Shown here: positions 18,201 to 31,599 of the stretch, in pieces
How the letters are laid out: every line of letters starts with the position of its first letter
Position numbering within the stretch: the stretch's first letter is position 1
Origin: Eledone cirrhosa
Lineage: Eukaryota
Length of the DNA: 53,575 nucleotides
Reading direction: 5' to 3'
Assembly (NCBI GenBank): GCA_964016885.1
Contig: CAXHJY010000760.1
Coordinates: 1-53,575 of the forward strand
The notes under the pieces: generated by a model
The model's input: only the letters and a program-made list of their open reading frames with translations
The model's database searches: none
Told to the model about the DNA's origin: nothing
Position numbers and translations under genes: made by a program

Positions 18201-19727
18201 AATGGTAACAACTAAAGTTCCAACAAATCACATTCAAAAATATTTAGCTAAAACAAATTATATAATATATTATAAACCAAAAGGCCCAGAAAATAGTCGG
18301 TACGAAACAACTTAGAGCATATGTCTTTCCAAGTCAAAACGTATGTAGGGTTAAACAAAAGCAATAATACAAATTATATCCACTAAAAATATCACCTGTC
18401 AGTTGATTATCAGTATATATTATACACGTATATTTTAAAATAACAGAAATATTTCGATGTATTTCACGATTCGTTTCAAAGAATTAATAATTCACTCTCG
18501 ACCTATATACATATATGTATATTTATCATACATACTTCAAACTACAACAAAATTCTTTTTTCCTTTTTTTATATTCACCATCTACATCACTGATTCTTAA
18601 ACAATTCGAATCAGTTGTAGTGAAAATCAAAAGTATTAAATATAAATTACTTCACACAAATGCTTTCCATGCCAGACAGTCTCTCTTAAAACACAGCGCT
18701 CATCTATATAAATGAGCGCTGTAGAGGGAATGTATTTTGGACAGATGAATAATGGATTGATATATATAATTTAATTATACCAGCTGTGTTGATACACTAT
18801 ATTCAAGAATAATAGTGGGGGATATATTTGTACTTATATAAATATTGCTGTTAAGCAAGAAATATATATATTGGAGTGTATTCACAAGCAGTGGGTTTTC
18901 TTTTTTCTCACACTATCTTAAAAATGAAAGCGCACGTTGAAACATGGAGTTCAGAAAACCTGCCAAAAGAGGATGTGGCCATGACTAGAAAGCTCTAAAT
19001 GGCATATACGCTGAGTTAACACTTTTTAATATCAAAGGGGCTGAAACGATACCTGGTACTGCAATGTAAACCTATGTTTCAAAGTGTTGATATTTCTCTA
19101 AAAAAAAAAACATTCCATCATAATTGTATATAAAAAGATTTAAGGTTATATTACTAAATCTCTTCAAATTCTATATTATGGTTGAAATTATTTGAAAACC
19201 CTAAGCGATGTGTTTCATTACAAAATTTGTTAACAAATGGGTTAAGGATTAACTGAATTTAAACATTAAAAACAACAATGACAACAACGTCAATCACATG
19301 AATAGAGGGTCCTTACAGTATACAAATCTTACGAATTGTTGAAGTGCTGGGTGAATTGAAATTTGAACATGTGAATATCCATAAGGCAGAAAATATATGT
19401 AACAACAGCTGATCGCTGTAAATAATAGCTTAGACATTCGGGTATAACCGCATAGAAGGATACAAGTGACCAAGATCAGCCATGGAGATACGAACAGCGT
19501 ATCTTTCCAACATGTACGCGATATTTGAGAGATAGTTTCCACTCTATCCAATTTCACTCTCAAGGCTTGATAGGACCAATGCAACACATTTGAATCAATC
19601 TTGGGATATCATGATTGCGAGGCGATGTTTTAAACAAGTTGGTTATACCGAGCCCAACACATATATCACAACTATAATAAGATACCCATGTACTGACTTT
19701 TGCTTTTCCTATTTACACAGCCAAGCA

Positions 19728-19771
<44 letters not shown>

Positions 19772-19789
19772 CGAAAAGTAAACGGATAG

Positions 19790-19920
19790 CAACAAATATA
19801 ATGATACAGTACAATGAAAATATATATTAGTTTAACGCTTTATCTAATAAGAAATGAGTCTTAACGTTTTGGATGTTAGTCCTTCATCAGAAGATAAATT
19901 GAGTAATAAAAGAAGAAGCA
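19790..19920 (-). mobile_element. Second copy of the same repeat; hammerhead 19859-19894 with G12 to A
   Basis: Reverse complement: UCUU CUGAUGA A GGAC UAAC AUCC AAAA CG UU AAGA. Confidence 0.68.
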
Positions 19921-20016
19921 ATAAGAAAGGAGAGAAAAGAGGAAAAAACATAAATAAACATTTTTTTTTTTTTTAGAAAAACCATGTGTGTGTGCAGTCA
20001 GCCATTGTGAGAGTAA

Positions 20017-20018
<2 letters not shown>

Positions 20019-20058
<40 letters not shown>

Positions 20059-20157
20059 AGAGAGGAGAGAGGAGAGAGAGAGAGAGAGAGAGGGAGAGAG
20101 GAGAGAGGAGAGAGAGAGGAGAGAGAAGAGAAGAGAGAGAGAAGAGAGAGAGAGAGA
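20019..20157. repeat. (GA)n polypurine tract
   Basis: Direct reading. Confidence 0.95.
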
Positions 20158-20597
20158 TGGTTATAAAGTGAGACGAAGAGAGGCGGGTGAAAGAATTTGA
20201 GTAAAGAGGAAATTGAAACGAGAAATGACCATTGAGCTTTATTTTCATTGTTTAAAATAATTTATATGCCACGATTCAGTGGGTAAAGAGAAACCTTTCA
20301 ATTATTATTGCATACATAAAATCTATGTAAATATTTTACTTAGGAAGCCACTTTCAGGAGGTAATAGTATTAGCATTGGAATACTACCTTAAGGACTAAA
20401 ATGCATTTCTATCTATGTCAACGGTATTCAATATGTGGAAATAATGCAATATATTGAGTAAATATGGTAATAATTCTGTATAATGGAATGCATATCTGAA
20501 GCCTATACCTTCACAGTAACACACACACACATACATACATACATACACACACATGCCATAAATATACCTCATGCTTTTTCAGATTTATGTATGTAAG

Positions 20598-20628
<31 letters not shown>

Positions 20629-20673
20629 CACACACACACATATATATATATATACACATATATACACACACAT

Positions 20674-20719
<46 letters not shown>

Positions 20720-20810
20720 GCACATATATATACACATATATAGAGATAGAGACAGATAATATATATATATATATATACATAATATATATATATATATATA
20801 TATATACATA

Positions 20811-20841
<31 letters not shown>

Positions 20842-20867
20842 ATATATATATATATATATATATATAC

Positions 20868-20936
<69 letters not shown>

Positions 20937-21102
20937 CATAATATATTCATATTATACAGACATAATACACACACACACATATATATATATATATATTATA
21001 TATACACACACACACATATATATATACACATATATACACACACATACACACACACACATATATATATATATACACACGCACATATATATACACATATATA
21101 TA

Positions 21103-21500
21103 TTTCTTTATTAGCCACAGGGGCACAAAAGAAGGGGACAAATACAAAGGTGGAAGTTTACATACAATAAAAACGTGTAAAATGTTATCACAGATGGAAT
21201 TTAAAAAGTTAGTCGATTTTCCCCAATAGAGGGAGACAGTTTATATGGGTAACACATACCCCCGAAAAAAAATGTGCAACCCTCATCTCCAGGAGTACGA
21301 AGAGTTTGTACTCCCTTCCTCTCCTCCTCCTTTTCCTCAACCTACAGGCTGATATAGAGAGAAGACCCATTCACTCGGGCCATTCTCGCCACTTTCACCC
21401 ACCTTTCATAAAACTTGCTGGGGTACAGCACCTCTCTCTCCATCCTGATTCTTCTTCCAAAGTGGTATTTGAAAAAAAGAATCAGTTGTTGGCCGGAGAG
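21103..21500 (-). mobile_element. 5'-truncated L1/Tx1-like LINE 3' end
   Basis: Reverse complement translates LSGQQLILFFKYHFGRRIRMEREVLYPSKFYERWVKVARMARVNGSSLYISL*, resembling a Tx1-like ORF2 C-terminus (recalled), followed by a 3'UTR ending at TA. Confidence 0.6.
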
Positions 21501-21679
21501 AGATAGAGACAGATAATATATATATATCGTAAAACTAAAAGGCAGATTGTACAGTTATAGCGTAACGTTTTGAAATTGTGTTCCTATATAAGCAACCTTT
21601 ATATTTAATCAGTTAAGGTACGAGTCGATGGAACTCGGTGATATAACATATTGTTATGTTAGTTATTGAGGAAGGATGA

Positions 21680-21830
21680 GACTCAGGATCCAGTCCCAGT
21701 GTGTCACCTTCGACATATGTCATTTACCATAGACTCGAGTCGACTAATGCCTTGTGAATAATACAGGTAGATGGAGACTGTGTGGATGCCCATCGAAAGA
21801 TTTATATATGTAATGCTTGTGTCATCTTGT
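21680..21830 (+). mobile_element. Diverged CORE-type SINE fragment
   Basis: CAGTCCCAGTGTGTCACCTTCGACATATGTC...GCCTTGTGAA...GGTAGATGGAGACTG; related piece at about 47610-47750. Confidence 0.5.
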
Positions 21831-22881
21831 TCCTATTTATTGTTTAGATGACATTGAGGTCTATGTAAAATAATAGCCTCTTCACACTTCCTTTACATCT
21901 ATGCAGAAATAAATTATTTTTGATAATAATAATGTGTTAATTATTGTGTACAGTGCTCAGGTGCACTACAACCTTTGTTGATGGTGTTGTTGTTGGCGTT
22001 GTCTAGCCTCTGGCTCATCCCTGAAACGAAAATAATTTCACTTATGACAATCCCATTTTCCAGGTAGTGTGCCTATAAATAATGTATCGTCCCCCTTTAA
22101 GAACAAATTGTGTGATTGCGAGGGAGTTTTAGTCATTATTACCAGCAGACCACGGGAATATGCAGTGTGCCTATCGTTTATTTATGACGCAGTATAAATA
22201 TCATATATTCTTTGGAAATAAAATGATAAATTATTATAGATTGTTAAAGTTTTGGAAAGCGTTTGAACTAAATTCAATCAAGAGAAACCAGATCCCGGGT
22301 TTAAGGCATTGAATGCTCATCCCATGCTGTAGAACACGCAAAGAAACTCCATTACATTGTGGATAACTTAATAACATTTGGAATACATAGAATTACTTGA
22401 GGTTAGATTAGATATGTGCAACATAATTATGATGGAATTGAAGGCAAGGAGTTTTTAAAACGAATAACTACGACATTATCTAGAGAAAGCGCTACCTGTA
22501 AAGAGTATTAGGGTTTCGTTTGGTCTCAAACGAAATATTAAACCCTAATTTGCGTCCATACTGAATAACGTAAATAGGTAATAATGAGAACATACGTTCA
22601 TGAGGAAATGCGGTATATATCTAAATTGCTTCATTAACTTCCATTATGAAGACAAAGATAGAATTAATTGTGAGCAAGCGAGGAAAAGGTAGATTTTCAA
22701 CGAATTGCAAATATCTATTAAACTACTTTAATTAATCAGCATCTTCAAAGGTTTCGTGTAAATGGAAGCAAATAAACATCGGAAATCGATCATTCTTACC
22801 AAATCCTTACTTAAGATTCTGATACTTCGTCAAAAATACGAGTTGAGATCGAATCTGAAGTAATATACAATGATATACAAC

Positions 22882-22993
22882 TGTTTGTACTTTAGGCAAC
22901 AGGCCAGCAATTTGAGGGGGGGGGGCGATTAAATCGTCCCCAGTGCTTACTGGTACTTTATTTTATCGACCCCGTTAGGATGAAAGGCAAAGA
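22882..22993 (-). mobile_element. tRNA-derived SINE family A, partial
   Basis: CTGGTACTTTATTTTATCGACCCC...GGATGAAAGGCAAAG core. Confidence 0.85.
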
Positions 22994-23187
22994 TTATGAT
23001 TTTCAATAATGTGAGTATGGAAAATAGTATATGGCGTCAAATTATATTTACTCGGTTGCCTATAGAGTTTAGCAGTTACAACAGCCTCGATTGAACAATA
23101 TGAGAGATAGTTCATAGATGAGATGTGATTTAAAAGGGTCAGACAAATGAAGTCCCTGGGTACCTATCTATGTATGTATGTGTGTAC

Positions 23188-23246
23188 AGATTATAGTTTA
23201 AGCAAAGAATCGCTGCTTTCACCCTTTTACGGGATCTTCTGAAACT
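23188..23246 (-). repeat. Dispersed repeat with hammerhead-like CAGAAGA-stem-GAAA motif, copy 1
   Basis: GTTTAAGCAAAGAATCGCTGCTTTCACCC...GGGATCTTCTGAAACT, also present at 50581 and inverted at 52417. Confidence 0.7.
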
Positions 23247-24739
23247 CAAATATTTGCTGTACGGGTTATATATATATAATCCTTATCGAGCCCGCTTCGG
23301 ATTTTAGTCCTCACATTTATTATTACTATATATTACTTACAACCTATTGGACAGACAGCTTCCTGATTATTTCTCACGAATGAAACAGTTCTAGTCCTGT
23401 AGAAGCTTTTCTATATTAAAACTGTTATACTCTGTTATATATATATATATATATTCAATGATATTAAGTAAATGGAAACTATATTTATAAAACCATATTT
23501 ATTCTATTATATATATTTCAAGGGTACCAAAATTTTGGTACGCTTTCATCAAATAAAATACAAAGTTTGTTTTATAAATTTTGACATAACCAAGAAAAGA
23601 TACCTTAACGGTTCAAATTTTTCTTGGATAGTGAAGGAAAAGAGAAGAAAAGTCAGATATTTCAAATTATTAAGATGAGTATGCAAATGAGGTTGAGGTA
23701 TAGGGCTGAAAAAACGATATTTTAGACGCTATGCAGCATTTAAATAATTAGGATATATGTATGTATGAGTAGGAAGAATAAAAAAAGAAAGAAGAGCTAG
23801 TATTTAAGTTAATTTAAAAGGAATTAACAATTTGCGGGAATGGTGGAATATGATTCCAGAATTTAAATTTTTTTAGCTATATTATGAGTTATAATATTGT
23901 ATATATACTCAATTAGATTATATGAAGAATTATGGTTGTAAGTAGATTGTATCTTATTACATTACAATAGGTTGTAAGTATATAATTATCTATATAGATT
24001 AATAATTGTGGATGTATAAGTATTTTAGAAATAATTTACAATTATTACTTGTTTACATTTCTAATATGAGTTACGAAGGGTGTTGATTTTGCATTTTACA
24101 TTAAAAAAACGCGTAGTTCAAGTTGTAAGAGGAGAACAATTTGTAGATTCAAATATTTTCTTCCAACATTGAAAATGTTTTCAGAATATTGTTAATTTAG
24201 CGAAGTTATATAGTTTATCATACATATTATATTATAATATAATGTATATGTTTGCATGATTGAAAAGGGAAAGATAACTCCAATCTTGTTTGTTAACCGT
24301 TAAATTTGATGAATGATTTACTCAGAAAATATATAGAGAAAATTATATATTATTTTGTGTGAGATTAATTTCAATTATATATTATTTTACTCGAAAGATG
24401 TGTGAAAGTTTGAAGCTCAAAAGAAGAGGAAAAAAGTAATGTAAAGAGGATAAACTTTCAGAATGTCAATTAAAGATTATTAATCTACATCTAAAAAAAT
24501 ATATTTAGAGGGGTATCATTAAGAAAATAATGTCAAAAGGTAAAAATAGTAAAAAAAAATATATTAAAAAATTAATGTCAAATGCTAAAAATAGTAGAAA
24601 ATAGTAGAAAATTAAGTAATAGTAAAAATTAAGAAAGAAGATCATTTAAAAAAATTTAAAGTTTTAAAGAAAATAGGATCGATTTGAAGGTGTATAAGAT
24701 ATAGTCAAGTGTAATGAATATCATAAATTAAAAATATTT

Positions 24740-25140
24740 CTGAAAGTGGAATTTTGGCGATGTCTGCAACCAGAAAATAATTTTGTTTTAAGATTAATAG
24801 AGTTTTGACAGTTAATTATATAAAACATTTCCTCGATACACAAGTTACAGAATCTTGAGAAAGCCATATTTCGGTATGCAGGTGCTTTCGAAATCGTTCC
24901 CCAAGATATTGAATAATCTATATCGTTGTCTTTTAAGTTCTAAATTAAATGTGAAAGTAAAGTGGAAGATTTGTTATCGGATCCATTAAATGTGTGTTTA
25001 TGGTTCTTTGAATTTTGTAGAAGTGGCACCAATATAGTTAAATACTTTGTCTCTAGTTTTAACTGTGCATTTATAAATTACGTTTTTGTCTAATCAATTA
25101 TTTTGTAAAGGGCAGTTTGATTTAATTCTACAGTTACATT
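24740..25140 (-). pseudogene. Decayed GIY-YIG endonuclease domain of a Penelope-like element
   Basis: Reverse complement, with stops/frameshifts: CNCRIKSNCPL..NVIYKCTVKTRDKVFNYIGATSTKFK..HKHTF..STLLSHLI*NLK..YSISW..CNLCIEE..CRH, the PLE CNC-CPL / VY-YIG / CxLC / CRH pattern. Confidence 0.85.
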
Positions 25141-25180
25141 TTCTCGACTTGTTGTTTTGTTGAATTACCAACAAATTGAA

Positions 25181-25214
<34 letters not shown>

Positions 25215-25668
25215 GAGTATACATTTAAATTATGTAAAGATGCAACTATGCCATGTTAAGCTCGATATAAATGCATCCAGATAAGATATGTGGATATATA
25301 AAACATCAGGGACAATATGGGTTAATGAATAAATTCTATATAAGAATTTATGTGTGGTATTTGTCTAAACAAGATATAATTGCTGTACAGAAGCGACGGA
25401 TACAACAATGGTGAAACGTGATTTTAAGCTAGTTGGATCGCATTAGTTAAGGTATAATTCAGAAGAACAATTGGTCATTTAATCAGAATGGTAATATATC
25501 TGTCAATATACAATAAACCTATAGTCATTAATGTATGCACACACCACACGCATATCTCTCTCTCTCCATGTGTGTAGATATATATATATATATACACGCA
25601 CATATATTCCGAGGAAAATGTGGCAGCAACACGAAGGTTTCGGCGTTGATGCACGTTCAGATTACCTA

Positions 25669-25703
<35 letters not shown>

Positions 25704-26220
25704 GGGAGGTGCTGTTTCAGTGTGTATATATGTGTTTTGTGTCTATTTGTGTATGTGTGTGTGTACTGGCAAATTCCGTTACGAACGACGTATGCCTATT
25801 CAATTTTTCAATCAATTGATCGAATTATTCATTGAATTAGTGTTGGAGTGGCTGAGTATTCCACAGAAACGCAATATTAACATGAGCTTGACACAATATG
25901 ACGAGGTTTTAACTGATTTGATATATATCGTAAAATATACTGTGAAGCAATTGAGCAGTGTTATCAGTACAATTCTTACTCTCATAATGAGAGAGTGAAG
26001 AGGCCGAGACGTTAATAAGTTTATGCAAATATATATATTCAAAATATGATGCAAAGACTTAATAAGGGAAACATTTAAATCCTTAATAAAAGAGTTCAAT
26101 GCTGAGCACGTTCATGTTTTAAAAAAAAACATGTTTGAAAAATATTCTGTCTCCGACACATAACTGTATGTATACAGAATAGCGTACTTACATCATATAC
26201 ATATATATATATATATATTA

Positions 26221-26527
26221 TTATACTTTGGGAGGGTCATGTTGCCAATAAGAAACACACGCACCAGTTGCTTTCACTTCAATTTATTATAATAAATTTA
26301 TAATAAATTTATAAATTTATAAATTTCTGGTTCTGGAATCCCCAGTCACTGAAGAGGTCACAGAGTGTGTGACGAAAGAACTATGACTATATATAAACAA
26401 CTATCTGGTTGTGGAACCAACCAACCAACGAGAAATTTATAAATTTATAAATTTATTATAATAAATTGAAGTGAAAGCAACTGGTGCGTGTGTTTCTTAT
26501 TGGCAACATGACCCTCCCAAAGTATAA
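26221..26527. mobile_element. About 100-bp inverted repeats (26221-26328 / 26431-26527) flanking a hammerhead-containing spacer
   Basis: Arms identical except for an extra 11-bp AATAAATTTAT in the left arm. Confidence 0.88.
26344..26388 (+). ncRNA. Minimal type I hammerhead ribozyme (CUA cleavage, 26383/26384)
   Basis: AGUCA CUGAAGA G GUCACA-GAGUG-UGUGAC GAAA GAAC UA UGACU: 5-bp stem I, 6-bp stem II, 2-bp stem III. Confidence 0.82.
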
Positions 26528-26587
26528 CAATATCGGTTTCAACACACGATTTCAGATAAAGAATCTTGCTAAACAAATTCAGAAACG

Positions 26588-26626
<39 letters not shown>

Positions 26627-27012
26627 TAAACAAGAAGTCTAAGTCAATAGGTTAAAATTAACTTCGCTTATTTATATTCGCTATAATGTACATTGCTGTG
26701 ACAACCATTATTCAACACCCCATTATTCAACACCTGGAACCTGATCAGGCAGCTAGAACTTGTGTAGAAAAAAAAACAGGAAAACATAATGGTGGAACAG
26801 AGTTTACCTTGTTAGTTCGTTGATATGCCCAGATCGAAAGCGTGGTGTTGTTTACTGAAAGAACACCATACACACATACATGCACATAACGAGCCACCCC
26901 CACACACACACACACACTCACACAGACATATATATATATATATATATATACAGGGTGTACCCCCAAAAATGTATAAACAATTTGATTATGTGTACAGGCA
27001 ATATTATATATA

Positions 27013-27320
27013 GCCGTGGATTGACAGTATCGGTAGATACTTTGCAGCAAAGAGTTACGGCCCTTTATGGTCTTAGTTCAAATCCCGCCGAGATTAACTT
27101 AGCCTTTCATCCTTACGGGGTCGACAAAATGAAGTACCAGTAATACACTGGGATAATTGCTGGTCTTGTTCCAAATGTAGAAACAATTATATATATCCCG
27201 CCGAGGTTAATTTTGCCTTTCATCCTTACGGGGTCGATAAAATAAAGTACCAGTAACGTACTGGAGTCGATTTAATCGACTTTCCCCTCCACCCAAATTA
27301 CTGGAAATATACTAGAAATC
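27013..27320 (+). mobile_element. SINE family A, one near-full and one 5'-truncated copy
   Basis: B-box-like GTTCAAATCC plus GCCTTTCATCCTTACGGGGTCGA(C/T)AAAAT..AGTACCAG twice. Confidence 0.88.
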
Positions 27321-27347
27321 ATATATATATATATATATTATTCTACA

Positions 27348-29060
27348 CTAAAGGTTCTCAACGGGGGGCATACTTTCAGTCTCTTAGGGACCAATTCCAG
27401 AAAACAACACTAATTTCTTCTGCCTTTTCAAAAGTTGAAGCTTCAAATGTTGATGGACTTGTCGCATCTTACAATATTGCCAACATAATCGCAAAGTGTG
27501 GCAAGCCCCATTCCTTGGGTGAAACATTGGTAGCCCCTGTCATCTCAGAAGTTCTTTCAACAGTACTACGTCAGAACCCGTTAAAGACCTTGAAATGTAT
27601 TCCGTTGAGTAACGACTCAAAAAGGAGACGCATCGACCAAATGGCGGAAAATGTTGAACAAAAATGATGCAACATCTTGAAATCCATACAATTTGCTTTG
27701 CAACTTCATGAACGCACACTTTCCGGGAATCAGTCCTTACTACTGGGATACGTGCGATTTTTCCACCAAAACGAAATGCACGAGGAACTTCTCTTCACTC
27801 TGAATCTAGCCACAGATACTAAAGGTGCCACCATCTTTGAATCTGTCAAGGGATACCTCGAAGAAAAAGAGATACCTCTTAATAATATTGTATCATGTGC
27901 TACGAACGGCGCAAGAGCAATGGTCGGCCAACATAAGGGTTTCGTCTCTCTTCTGAAGAGGGAAAATCCATCTGTATTTGCTGTTTATTGTGTCATTCAT
28001 CGACAACACTTGGCTGCGAAGAAACTCAGCGAGCCGCAGGTAGTCATTGATGTCATCAATTATATCAAACGCCATGCCCTCAATGAACGAATTTTCCGGC
28101 AACTGTGCGAAGATAATGACGAAGAATTCGTCGTGTTGCTCCTTCATACTGAAGTGAGGTGGCTTTCAAAGGGCAAGTGCCTTACTCGCTTCTTTGAACT
28201 GTTCGACTCTATCATTGAGTTTTTTCGAGGACGCAACACAGAACTGTATTAAAAAAAACCTCGATGTGAGGCAAGACTGCGCCTACCTCGCCGACATCTT
28301 CAACAAATGCAATAGCCTCATTATGGCTTTGCAGGGGGAGAAGATCACCTTGTTTAAAGCAAGGAATGCTGTGAAAATATTCCTGGCCACATTGAATGTC
28401 ATCGAAAGGAATCTTTGTCGACGGGAATTCTATAATTTTCCTAGTGTCGCCAATGTTCAAAACATTGTGAGCGATGACCAACTCCAAATTTATACCGCGC
28501 TCCTCCGTGCACAACAAGACAACCGTTTGTCAACCTTTTGCAGATGGACATCCCAATGTGGATAGCAGATCCCTTCATAGCTAACGTCGACGATTTCGAC
28601 GTTAAATTTCAGGAAGAATTAATTGAACTTCAGACAGATGACATTTTCAAAATAAAATTTTCAAAAATAGGTGAACCCCTTTTGGGGATGCAAGAGGAAA
28701 TTCAGCGTCGATTTCCACTCCTACATGCAGAGGCTAAGAGATTTGCTTTGCCTTTTCCTAGCTCATACTTAGTCGAGAGGGGGTTTGGCGTTGTTTCCAG
28801 ACTGCATAGTAAGACTCGCAACCGCTACAGCTCACGAAAATCCAGTCTGACGTCAAAGAGTTAGCTAGACTCCATGAAGCTCAAGGGTCCCATTGATACG
28901 AGGTCAAAGTAAATCGATTTTTTATTTGTAGTTGCAGTCTGACTGGACTGGAAACCATCTACCATAATTCACTTACTCATTTGTTGTATATATTTTACCG
29001 TTTACTAATGAATATACCCTCTTACGTGGTCATGAAAACCCTCTTGCGTGGTCTCTAAGC
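27348..29060 (+). mobile_element. hAT (Buster/Charlie-type) DNA transposon remnant
   Basis: Contains the transposase pseudogene; possible degenerate 5' TIR CTAAAGGTTCTCAAC at 27348; subterminal direct repeat CCCTCTT(A/G)CGTGGTC at about 29017 and 29039; no clear 3' TIR. Confidence 0.75.
27400..28896 (+). pseudogene. Frameshifted hAT transposase (SCAND3/ZBED8-like)
   Basis: ASYNIA..IAKCGKPHSLGETL, IPLSNDS..RRI, FALQLHE, CATNGARAM, YCVIHRQHL, HTEVRWLSKG, FPSSYLVERGF, ending AQGSH*; split over ORFs 27677-28252, 28194-28565, 28538-28864 with a stop near 27665. Confidence 0.92.
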
Positions 29061-29671
29061 TCACAAAGCGGAGGGGACATCAAGTTAGATATCAACATTT
29101 ATTCTGTCCGTTTCATTAAAGGGAAAATTGGAAAGCTTTGAAATAATACAATTGCCACTTCCTTCCAGATAAGAGCACTCTTTGGATAGACAGAGTTGCT
29201 TTTGTATAAATGTTCAAAATAGCTGGTATCGTCTGGTACATATAACAAATTCAACTGGTCCTTATTCATAAAAAAGAACATGTATGTTCCTTTTTTAGAA
29301 ATTTATATATTTACTTTCAAGGAATGTATTTATACTTTCAACTGCCTGCAATGGTATCTTTGGAATATCGTTAATTAATTGTTTAGTAATTTACTAATAT
29401 CAAAATTAGTAGTATATTGAAAAATGGAAAAAAAGGGTAAGGAGGCGTTTCGTGATTTCGAGGAGCAAAAGAGAACCTTTGTTCTACACATTGCAATCAT
29501 TGAAATATGGCCATGCCAAGGGCACTACTTTGTATGGTTTCAGTCGATCACATTCTGTCAGAAGCTGGTCTTTATCGATCTCTATTAGATACTCAAATAA
29601 TATACAGTACATGCAAACCATCTTGCTTCACTAAGATATACACACTACATAGTGTGTGTGATACATATATA

Positions 29672-29725
<54 letters not shown>

Positions 29726-29790
29726 GTGTGTGTGTATGCCTTTGTGTGTATATATATATGTGTGTGAGTGTGTATTTATATTTCTTTGTG

Positions 29791-29834
<44 letters not shown>

Positions 29835-29867
29835 AGTGTGTATTTATATTTCTTTGTGTATGTATAT

Positions 29868-29924
<57 letters not shown>

Positions 29925-30455
29925 GGGGTGGGGGTAAAGACTAGTGTATTTGTGTGAGAAATGTATGATAGAACTGTAAAAGTTGTTAAAGTGAAGGAGA
30001 AGATGGCGAAACACATCAATCTTCGAAACCAAAATATTCTATTTAATCATGAATTAATACTTCAATAAGTAATCACTTAATGAGCTGTAACTATCATTCC
30101 TCTCTGTTTATCAGTTGATGGTGACTATATGACATATTATGACTTGTTTGCAATATATATATTGCATTACTCGGTCTCCAGGAACTATCTCTGTTCAGAA
30201 TATTTTCCAACACATATTCAATAGATTTCAAGCTCTTTTGTTTCAATATCTACATACGTGCTATGTTATAAACTTTGGGCTGCAGTTCAATGAATAGATT
30301 TTAATTCTAGAAAGTAGTGTTTTATTAAAGGGGTAGGGTGTAAGGAAGCAGCCAAGCGTCTGTCGGGTTTGATTCTACATTAGTATGTGTATATCATTCG
30401 TTATCTGGCACGCTGATAAAATACGAATAACTTTTTATTAAATATATGATTAAGT

Positions 30456-30556
30456 AATAATTGTTTCTACTTTAGGCACAAGGCCAGCAATTATTCAGTA
30501 CATTACTGGTACTTTATTTTATCGACCCCGTAAGGATGAAAGGCAAAGTTAACCTT
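30456..30556 (-). mobile_element. SINE family A, 5'-truncated
   Basis: Same core and AATTGTTTCTACTTTAGGCACAAGGCCAGCAATT tail. Confidence 0.85.
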
Positions 30557-30767
30557 TAAGTAATAATGTAAAAGAATAGGATTTGCATGTGATATCGTTA
30601 CAAACTGTTGATTTCTAACATGTATCTCGCTCTGATCGATGGATAAGCTCTCAGACCTCGTTCGCTGACCGAGTGGGAGCAGCTGATTAAAATCGGACCA
30701 ACGAAACAATATTTACATTGATTTTTCCATTGCTGATACTATCTACTAGTCATAACTCCTGGCAGAA

Positions 30768-30888
30768 GGAGCAGCGTGAAATAAAGCGTCTTGCTGAAGA
30801 AGGTAATGCATCACCAGGTCCGAGAATTGAACTCGCAACCTCACGATTGCGAATCCAACTCTCTAAACACTAAGCCACGCGCCTTCAC
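30768..30888 (-). mobile_element. tRNA-derived SINE family B (CORE-like)
   Basis: Reverse complement GTGAAGGCGCGTGGCTTAGTG (A box)...GAGTTCAATTCTC (B box)...CAGCAAGACGCTTTATTTCAC. Confidence 0.75.
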
Positions 30889-31599
30889 TAACATATATAC
30901 ATGGCCTTAATTTTACAGGGTCTATAGGACCAATTATATTACCCACATCCAGCAATACTTGACTGGTATATATTCGGTCCATTAGGGAAGAATGAAAGAC
31001 TGAATTTGAACGTAGAAAATAAAGAGAAGTACAACATTAACAAGTATATGAAATCATGCACTCCAGAAGGTTTAATTGCAGTATCACAGAGAATTATAAC
31101 ATCCTATTAAAGCATTTTGTTATTTTGAACATTAGATAGAAGATTGTTGCATTGCAACATTTATTGAAGTATTTATAAGTACAATGTCGCTAAAATAGTT
31201 TATTTCCCATGTAATCAATTTTCCACATTCTGAAGTATGGTCATATACGGAGTGGGAATAATAAGTCGATTATTTGTGAACATTAAGCCCATCGTAACAA
31301 TAACTATATTCCGCACTTTTATGTGCAATAATGAAGACATGGACGTTTAATATGTGAATACATATATTGCTTGTTCTGCGTTTGACAGCTCAACAGATGA
31401 AAGTGTTGTGCATTCTGTAACAGTTTAATGCTTTCTTATCAAATCCCGATGACTATTCATATTTTAATAGGTTTGTTAATATTTATATATATATATATAT
31501 TCTGCCAAAACCTTCGGATAATTGACAACGATTCAAGAAGTTTCGGTTTCTAAAAATATATACAGGTACATATGTGGGTATGTGTAGACGCATGCGCGT

